This document shows, one piece after another, positions 57,748-64,000 of a stretch of DNA of 64,000 nt. Positions within the stretch are counted from its first letter, which is position 1; the number at the start of each line of letters is the position of its first letter. Origin of the DNA: a virus (taxonomy: Duplodnaviria > Caudoviricetes); the IMG/VR virus record IMGVR_UViG_3300028805_000088, positions 1 to 64,000 of that record; one strand, 5' to 3'. Under the pieces are notes generated by a model, which saw nothing but the letters and a program-made list of their open reading frames with translations, was not told the DNA's origin and made no database searches. The position numbers and the translations under genes are program-made.

Positions 57748-59244
57748 TTATGCATATTTATTATTTAAATCGTCCACAATGTCGAAACTAAGCACGTCAT
57801 GGTGAACAATACAATTCATACCATATTTAATTCTTACATCTACATAATATCTGTTAGGAATTAAAATGCTAGTATCTATCATATAATAATTTTCTGAGAA
57901 GGCTTTATTTACTCTATCCCAAGAAATCACATCTATTTCTGATTCTCCGTCTTTAACATATAATCTTATGTAGATGGTGTCAAGTAGTTGAACAGTATTT
58001 GTTGTATAATTTGGCTTGACTGATATTATTAATTTCCTTATATCGTTTCTTAAAATATCTTCATTTTCCCTTATTCCAGAAATAGAAGGTGTAAATCTAA
58101 CATTGTTAGCTTCCATAGAGTTTCCTATATTAAAGAAATTAGGGGTGTCTTTAAGCGTAAAATCAAGCTCTACAGCGTCTAATTCTACTCCTTTGTATAC
58201 CAACCCATTCCATGTGTCATAAAGCATCGTATCAGCCTCAAAATCACCCTTAGATAGTAATACATCAATATAGTAGATACCCTTTGCAAACTTCTTTGCT
58301 TCTATTTCTTCCATAAGTATACCGCCATTACCACGAATAACCTCATCTTCGCCATTTGTAATGGTAACAGTTGGTAACTTATCCAAATCCTCTAAGCTCT
58401 CTCCGATTGTACAATATAGGTATAATCTATTCCTCTTGTTAAGAACAAAATTAGACCTATCATCAGAAACAACATCATCATATCTAGTTTCTACAAATGG
58501 TTCAAAGAATGTATTTGTCTTATGACCCAATAACCCCAAATAATTCTCGTACTCACTATCGCTAGCTTCAAGCATTGGTGAGAACGCTATACCAATACCA
58601 TAATTCTCCAAATCACCGTCAAGGAATTTGTTAAATACTTCTGTTATATCCAAGTTTATACACTCATTACCATAATCAAAATGCTGTCTGCCAATGACAA
58701 CGGATGTTTCATCACCAGCAGCCCACTTATCATATTCTTGAGATAGTCTGTCGTTTGTATAAACACCTTCCTCTTCCCATTTAAGTCCATTCTGACGTTG
58801 GAACCAGTTACACCCATCTTCAGATACTAACCTTTTTGGGTCAATTGGTGCTGGAGAATAATATCCGACATTTAGGTGTGTTTTAGTATAATTGAATCCT
58901 TTTCCTTCATCCCAAGGTTTTGGAATCAAGAAAAAAATAAGGTCAAAAGATGCTGCACGAATCTTCTTATTATCATTTATAGAACTTGTTTCACAATGAT
59001 GCAGTTGAGTCATATCAATAGAGCCAGCATTCGTAATGTGTAATGTGTGCTTCATTTTTGTTTTATCCACCATAATTCCATCTTCAATAAGTTTTTTTAC
59101 TTCTGAATGGTCGAAATATATTAAGACTCTAGAAACAATAGTATCTTTACCATAGCACAATTCTAAAATTGGATTTAATCCAGTATTAATTTTAGAATTT
59201 GAAATTATAGAACAATCTTTTTTTATATACGTTTTATAAATCAT
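57748..59244 (-). CDS. Conserved-looking structural protein (tail/baseplate region)
   Basis: 498 aa, beta-rich (WDEGKG, TNTFFEPFVETRYDD); late operon; precise family not recognised. Confidence 0.55.
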   Translation of the reverse strand: MIYKTYIKKDCSIISNSKINTGLNPILELCYGKDTIVSRVLIYFDHSEVKKLIEDGIMVDKTKMKHTLHITNAGSIDMTQLHHCETSSINDNKKIRAASFDLIFFLIPKPWDEGKGFNYTKTHLNVGYYSPAPIDPKRLVSEDGCNWFQRQNGLKWEEEGVYTNDRLSQEYDKWAAGDETSVVIGRQHFDYGNECINLDITEVFNKFLDGDLENYGIGIAFSPMLEASDSEYENYLGLLGHKTNTFFEPFVETRYDDVVSDDRSNFVLNKRNRLYLYCTIGESLEDLDKLPTVTITNGEDEVIRGNGGILMEEIEAKKFAKGIYYIDVLLSKGDFEADTMLYDTWNGLVYKGVELDAVELDFTLKDTPNFFNIGNSMEANNVRFTPSISGIRENEDILRNDIRKLIISVKPNYTTNTVQLLDTIYIRLYVKDGESEIDVISWDRVNKAFSENYYMIDTSILIPNRYYVDVRIKYGMNCIVHHDVLSFDIVDDLNNKYA

Positions 59245-59249
59245 AATTT

Positions 59250-59387
59250 TTAATTTTCAACAAGTTTATTTATGATGTCTTTGTCAGAACCACTAGAAAT
59301 TGCATCACAAATCATTAAAGATTCACTTGTGAATTTATTTTGCTCTCTGTACCCATAAGGTTGTTGCATTCTGTTATTTTTATTCAT
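59250..59387 (-). CDS. Uncalled 45-aa mini-protein with the fibre N-terminal motif
   Basis: MNKNNRMQQPYGYREQNKFTSESLMICDAISSGSDKDIINKLVEN*; late motif at 59431; stop 5 nt before the next ATG. Confidence 0.65.
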   Translation of the reverse strand: MNKNNRMQQPYGYREQNKFTSESLMICDAISSGSDKDIINKLVEN

Positions 59388-59563
59388 TTTTTCAAATATT
59401 ATATAGTTAATTATTATTATTTTTTTATTATATAAATATTATTTAAAAGTTAATAGTATAAGAAAAGAAATATAATAAAGAAAAGAAAAATATTTTATTA
59501 TTAAATTTGATTTTTTAACATTTTTTATATATCTTTGCATTGGAATTAAAAAATCTTAAAATT

Positions 59564-60130
59564 ATGATTACAACAGAAACTAAAGAAAAAAATTTAAAAT
59601 TATTCTTCAAAAAGCTTTCTCAGTTAGGACTTGAAACCGCTTTACTTGAAGACAATTATGGAAACGAAATCATGAATGGCAGCTTTACCAATTCTAATGA
59701 GTTTGGTAATGCATATGAGGGTTCATTGCTTGAGATTGTGTTAAAGACGTTAACCCCATACGCAGTTAAATTGAATGAACTTTTACCAGAAGAAAAGAGA
59801 GTTGACAAAAACACATTGATAAAAATTTGCTTGCTTCACCAAATAGCAAAGGCAGTAAGACTTATACCAAACGACAACTCTTGGGAAGTTGAGAAAAGGG
59901 GTCTTGTCTACAAGTACAACAGTGACCTTCCATCAATCAGAACTGGTCTTCATTCACTAATCATTTGTCAAAATTGTGGCATACAATTCACGTCGGCAGA
60001 GGCAGAGGCAATGACTGTTAATGATAGGGATTTAACGGATGACCAAGCAAGATGGCATTCAAGTATTATGGCATCAATTATTAGACAAGCAAGTGAATTA
60101 ACCTATTTAACCTTAAATGATAGAAAGTAA
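59564..60130 (+). CDS. HD-domain-like phosphohydrolase
   Basis: AYEGSLLE..ICLLHQIAK..GLHSL; the track's TTG start at 59540 is promoter-adjacent. Confidence 0.55.
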   Translation: MITTETKEKNLKLFFKKLSQLGLETALLEDNYGNEIMNGSFTNSNEFGNAYEGSLLEIVLKTLTPYAVKLNELLPEEKRVDKNTLIKICLLHQIAKAVRLIPNDNSWEVEKRGLVYKYNSDLPSIRTGLHSLIICQNCGIQFTSAEAEAMTVNDRDLTDDQARWHSSIMASIIRQASELTYLTLNDRK

Positions 60131-60795
60131 TGGATAATGATTTTTTTGAAAATCTAGACAAAAAAGATTTTATAGCATATGCAAAGGAAGCAATTGGTCA
60201 AATTCCATTGGAAATTAAACTTAAAAAGTTGGATAAAAACGCTGTAATTCCAGAGTATGCACATGATGGTGATGTTGGTATGGACTTAACGGCAATTTCA
60301 GTGGAATACGACAAAGAACATGATATGTATATCTACCATACTGGTCTTGCATTTGAAACTGACAAACATTATGGAATATTCTTATTTCCAAGAAGTTCAA
60401 ATAGAAAAACTGATGCTTATTTATGCAATCATGTTGGAATTGCTGACTCAGCAATCTATAGGGGTGAGATAATGCTTTGTTTCAAAAACAGAACATCACT
60501 TGAAGTTAGGGCAGAGATTGAGAAAAGCAGATGTTTTATGTCTCGGTTATCTTATGAACCATTCATAACTAGTAGTGGCGATAGTGTAGTATTTAACTGG
60601 TCTCACATAGCAAAGGAAACAGAAAACTATGAAAATTGGGTTTATGATAACCCAATGCAGTTTGCCCCATATCAAGTTGGAGAAAGAATTGCTCAAATGG
60701 TTGTTCTACCTTACCCCAATGTAAAAATAAGTGTGCGAGAGGAACTTTCAGAAACTGAACGTGGCTCTGGTGCTTTTGGTTCAACTGGTAATTAA
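60130..60795 (+). CDS. dut: Trimeric dUTPase with an insertion
   Basis: GDVGMDL, PRSS, GIADSAIYRGEI, RIAQMV, RGSGAFGSTG. Confidence 0.92.
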   Translation: MDNDFFENLDKKDFIAYAKEAIGQIPLEIKLKKLDKNAVIPEYAHDGDVGMDLTAISVEYDKEHDMYIYHTGLAFETDKHYGIFLFPRSSNRKTDAYLCNHVGIADSAIYRGEIMLCFKNRTSLEVRAEIEKSRCFMSRLSYEPFITSSGDSVVFNWSHIAKETENYENWVYDNPMQFAPYQVGERIAQMVVLPYPNVKISVREELSETERGSGAFGSTGN

Positions 60796-61332
60796 ATGAG
60801 TATATTTGAAGTATTTTTTTGGTTTTGCAAAGAACAAAAAATAATGGACATAATGTTCAAGATGTATAATGAAAAAAACCTTGGAACATGGAAATATGAT
60901 GGTGCTTATGGTACATACTTTCAGCCAATGTCGCTGAAGGAATTTTTGACAAACAGAATGCTAGCATTTGGATTCCATGATATATTTTGGGATTTACAAG
61001 TTAGGGATAGGTCTCTTACTGAAAATCCAAGATACAAAAAAGCAAGAAGCAAATGGAACGCTTTTTCAAAAAACAATATTAAGTTTTCTGATAACTTTAT
61101 TAAAATTGGGGATACAATAGAAGCAACTAGTTCATGGGGTACAATATATAGAGGAACTGTAGTTGGTTTTCCAAAAGAATTTTCTGGAGCATTTCTAATT
61201 AGAAAAAATAATGGAGAAGAATCTACTGCTAGTATCTTAGGTTGTTCAACAATAAAAATTAATGGTGTAGAAAAGAAACCTGAATTTTATATTAAACGAA
61301 GAAGAAAAATTTATGGGATTAATAAAAGATAA
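60796..61332 (+). CDS. Hypothetical protein
   Basis: 178-aa ORF in a coupled operon. Confidence 0.6.
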   Translation: MSIFEVFFWFCKEQKIMDIMFKMYNEKNLGTWKYDGAYGTYFQPMSLKEFLTNRMLAFGFHDIFWDLQVRDRSLTENPRYKKARSKWNAFSKNNIKFSDNFIKIGDTIEATSSWGTIYRGTVVGFPKEFSGAFLIRKNNGEESTASILGCSTIKINGVEKKPEFYIKRRRKIYGINKR

Positions 61333-62437
61333 AATATATTATACGTATGAAGATGTCACTATAATGCCAAATGTGATAAGCAATATAGAACATAGGGCAG
61401 AATGCATACCATTGGATGAAGAGGGTATGTTACCATTGTTTACTGCACCAATGGATACGGTGGTCAATAGCAAAAATTTTGGAATGTTTGAGGATGAAAT
61501 GATTCATGCCATCTTGCCTAGAACTGAATCACTGACTGTTAGGGTTGAAAATTCAATTAAAGGTAGATGGTCTGCTTATTCTCTTAATGAATTCGAAAAA
61601 ATATTTTGTGACGAAAAGAAAATATTAGAATATAATGGTAAAATTAAAGCACTTATTGATGTAGCCAACGGACATATGAAAAAAATAATTGATTTAGTTA
61701 GAGCTACTAGGAATATTTACGGAAATGATGTTATTATCATGGCTGGTAATATTGCAAATCCATCAACCTATGAAGAATATGCTAAAGTTGGAATAGATTA
61801 TGTAAGATGTTCAATTGGTACTGGAAAATGCTGTATATCATCTAGCCAATTGGGTGTTCACGTACCAATGGCAACATTAATAGACGATATTGTTACTGTT
61901 AAGAAAACAATCGAAAATAAATATGAAAAACTGCCTAAAATCATTGCTGATGGTGGTATAAGAAACTATCGTGACATTATAAAGGCTTTGGCACTAGGTG
62001 CTGATTACGTAATGATAGGCAGTGTATTTGCCAAGATGCTTGAGTCGGCAGCACCTAAAACTGCTAATAGTGATGAGTGGTTAAAATTACCATTATATAC
62101 AGAATTAGAAGACTTAACTGATTTTAGACTTGAAAATACTGGATGGAGAGCCAAATATAATGGAAAGGAAATATATCTAGGTGACATTAAAGCTACTTTC
62201 TATGGCATGGCATCAAGAGAAGGACAGATTGCACTTAATGGTGCAAAAACTAAGACTAGTGAGGGAATAAAGAAAACATTACCAGTATTATACACAATGC
62301 ATGGCTGGTCAACAAATTTCATGGATTATCTTCGTTCTGCAATGTCATATGTTGGGGTTAAAACGTTGGGTGACTTTAAAAAATATTCAACAGTGATAAT
62401 AAACTCACAAAATGCTGTTTCTGCTGTTAATAAATAA
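61313..62437 (+). CDS. IMP dehydrogenase / GMP reductase family
   Basis: TAPMDTV, IDVANGH, AGNIA, IGTGKCC, IIADGGIR, ALALGADYVMIGS, FYGMAS, SEG. Confidence 0.9.
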   Translation: MGLIKDKIYYTYEDVTIMPNVISNIEHRAECIPLDEEGMLPLFTAPMDTVVNSKNFGMFEDEMIHAILPRTESLTVRVENSIKGRWSAYSLNEFEKIFCDEKKILEYNGKIKALIDVANGHMKKIIDLVRATRNIYGNDVIIMAGNIANPSTYEEYAKVGIDYVRCSIGTGKCCISSSQLGVHVPMATLIDDIVTVKKTIENKYEKLPKIIADGGIRNYRDIIKALALGADYVMIGSVFAKMLESAAPKTANSDEWLKLPLYTELEDLTDFRLENTGWRAKYNGKEIYLGDIKATFYGMASREGQIALNGAKTKTSEGIKKTLPVLYTMHGWSTNFMDYLRSAMSYVGVKTLGDFKKYSTVIINSQNAVSAVNK

Positions 62438-62446
62438 ATTTTAAAA

Positions 62447-62480
62447 AAGGGTGTCTAAGACTTGATTCTTAGGCACTTTT
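62447..62480 (+). terminator. Terminator hairpin
   Basis: GGGTGTCTAAGA-CTTGAT-TCTTAGGCACT followed by a T-run. Confidence 0.7.
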
Positions 62481-62502
62481 TTTTTATTTTTTATAAAAAA
62501 GT

Positions 62503-63195
62503 ATGGAAGATAAAATAACAGTCATTTTTTGCTCCAAAAAGAAGGGTGAAGAAAATAAGGGTTTCATTGACCACATAAAGGAAACTTGTGGATGTGATTT
62601 GAACGTTATTTGCGTTCATAACCCAGATGGCATATCTCTTTCTAAAATATATGCCGATATGACAGTAAACGAGGAAATCGAAACAAATATCATTATATAT
62701 ATTCATGATGATGTTGAATTCTTAAGGAAGGGTTGGGGCAGTGAAATATTGAGGCTATTCAACGAACATGAAGATTACGGAATCATCGGAGTTGCTGGTT
62801 CTGCACAATTTGACGAAAATGGTGCTTGGTGGAACTATGAGAAAAAATTTGGACAAGTTTTACATAGATGGGAAGGTAAATCATGGCTTACTGCTTTCTC
62901 CCCTCTTCTTGATAAGGATTTACAAGAAGTTGCTGTAATTGATGGTTTGTTCATTGCAATACACAAAAAAAGAATATCAGAGAACTTTAGTAGAGAATTA
63001 CAATCTTTTGATTTTTATGACATTTATTTCTGTCTAGCAAATTATTTTAAGAAAAAATGTAAAATTGGAGTTACGACAAATATAAGAATTGCCCATAATT
63101 CAATTGGCAAATTAAAAGATTCTTGGTATGAAAATAGAAAAATAATAAATGAAAAATTTGGTAATAAATTTCCAATAGATGTTGATAAAAAATGA
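62503..63195 (+). CDS. GT2-like glycosyltransferase
   Basis: IYIHDDVEFL, GIIGVAG, VAVIDGLFIA, FDFYD. Confidence 0.75.
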   Translation: MEDKITVIFCSKKKGEENKGFIDHIKETCGCDLNVICVHNPDGISLSKIYADMTVNEEIETNIIIYIHDDVEFLRKGWGSEILRLFNEHEDYGIIGVAGSAQFDENGAWWNYEKKFGQVLHRWEGKSWLTAFSPLLDKDLQEVAVIDGLFIAIHKKRISENFSRELQSFDFYDIYFCLANYFKKKCKIGVTTNIRIAHNSIGKLKDSWYENRKIINEKFGNKFPIDVDKK

Positions 63196-63437
63196 AATTA
63201 GAAAATTTATCATTAGAAAAAGTATATGAATTATATAGTATCGTCAAAGAATTTTGTGGAGAATATTCTAAAATGACTGATAATTATGCTTTAACAACTG
63301 GAGACAAAACTTTTGAAAATATTCCAGAAGAATTTAGGTCTTTAATTGAAACTAGGCAAAAACTAATTAGTTATAAACTTAAATTAAATGACTTGATTAT
63401 AAATAAAATAATAAAAACTATGGAAAATAATGAATAA
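63192..63437 (+). CDS. Hypothetical protein
   Basis: 81-aa ORF overlapping both neighbours. Confidence 0.55.
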   Translation: MKLENLSLEKVYELYSIVKEFCGEYSKMTDNYALTTGDKTFENIPEEFRSLIETRQKLISYKLKLNDLIINKIIKTMENNE

Positions 63438-64000
63438 AATTAAAAAATATTTTTTAAATCTCTGGTATGGTCTCCCATTCGGCATGAAAGCTGCTGACAC
63501 AGAAATTATGGGTAACAAGTCAGTAGATGATAATGGAGTTACGATACAGCAAGAGGTTTCAGACCAGAGAGTTGCAAAACATTTGTTGAAAGGTGAGGTT
63601 ACTCAAGAGGTAGAGGAACTAAGATACAGAACATACAAGGTTGCTGATGAGTCAGAGAACTACAAATATCTAGGTAATGGTGTTGCAGTAAAAGAAGAAA
63701 AGGAAAAAAGACCATTAGATAGAAAAAAACATAAATTCACACAAGATAATGAAAATATATGTCAATCAGTATTGGATAGTTTGAAGCAAGTAGGAAACTA
63801 TGGTGTGGAGAAATATAGGTTTGAAATTGATTATGACTCACTCGTTAGATTTAAGGTGGAGAAATTTGCAACAAAGGTAGATGTTAATATCAATGACGAA
63901 ACTGGCTTAATTGAGACAACGCTACACTTTAATACAGAACCAGACCCATATGACGGAACATCAAAGCCATTCATCAATGAAATTGCTAAGTTGCTTGAAG
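63430..64000 (+). CDS. Hypothetical protein, 3'-partial; not in the ORF track
   Basis: MNKIKKYFLNLWYGLPFGMKAADTEIMG...EVTQEVEELRYRTY; open to the window end. Confidence 0.7.
   Translation, partial: MNKIKKYFLNLWYGLPFGMKAADTEIMGNKSVDDNGVTIQQEVSDQRVAKHLLKGEVTQEVEELRYRTYKVADESENYKYLGNGVAVKEEKEKRPLDRKKHKFTQDNENICQSVLDSLKQVGNYGVEKYRFEIDYDSLVRFKVEKFATKVDVNINDETGLIETTLHFNTEPDPYDGTSKPFINEIAKLLE

Noticed and set aside
439-59563. TTG starts called at 439, 6448, 44374 and 59540
   Set aside because: They fall in or upstream of promoter motifs; downstream ATGs were used instead
1053-62706. Numerous 60-160-aa ORFs nested antisense or out of frame within larger genes
   Set aside because: No recognisable motifs, promoters or coupling; expected by chance opposite long codon-biased genes
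1-64000. Stop-codon reassignment (TAG to Gln as in Lak and some crAss-like phages, or TGA to Trp), prompted by two in-frame TGAs at 13901 and 16812
   Set aside because: Core genes (sheath, tube, PolB, PhoH) are full length in the standard code; TGA clearly terminates the AAA ATPase (IGF*) and 50425..52392, and TAG ends 5248..5469
1-64000. Complete DGR, retron or other reverse-transcriptase system
   Set aside because: No YADD/xxDD RT-like ORF and no template/variable repeat pair found in this window
1-64000. tRNA or rRNA genes
   Set aside because: No cloverleaf with a T-loop GTTCRA signature seen in the short intergenic regions

Overview
This 64 kb, AT-rich window comes from a large T4-like (myovirus) jumbo phage that almost certainly infects a Bacteroidota host: about 11 correctly oriented TAnnTTTGCA host-type promoters precede non-structural genes. 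It is read in the standard genetic code. Core genes: tail tube, a 1141-aa tail sheath, family-B DNA polymerase with a 355-aa LAGLIDADG intein, PhoH, dUTPase, IMPDH/GMP reductase, AAA+ ATPase, SprT-like protease and six free-standing homing-endonuclease-like genes. About 23 kb encode modular fibre/adhesin proteins (YadA-like head repeats, beta-helix repeats, BspA-type LRRs, FISUMP domain) that share reusable linker domains and terminal motifs. Most notable: (1) a translationally coupled DUF4422 glycosyltransferase / UDP-galactopyranose mutase / radical-SAM cassette directly downstream of a tail fibre gene, plus three other glycosyltransferases and a decayed acyltransferase, suggesting phage-directed galactofuranose glycosylation; (2) about a dozen late proteins, including PRTase-, WYL- and SprT-domain proteins, share an (I/L)-x-E motif resembling a prohead-protease/head-targeting signal; (3) a late promoter motif TATTTATA, the reverse complement of the T4 late box; (4) an inverted-repeat-flanked, palindrome-rich promoter segment in front of an IS1595-family transposase, resembling an invertible switch; (5) an uncalled 45-aa ORF carrying the fibre N-terminal motif. 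All family assignments come from motif recognition by eye, not from database searches.
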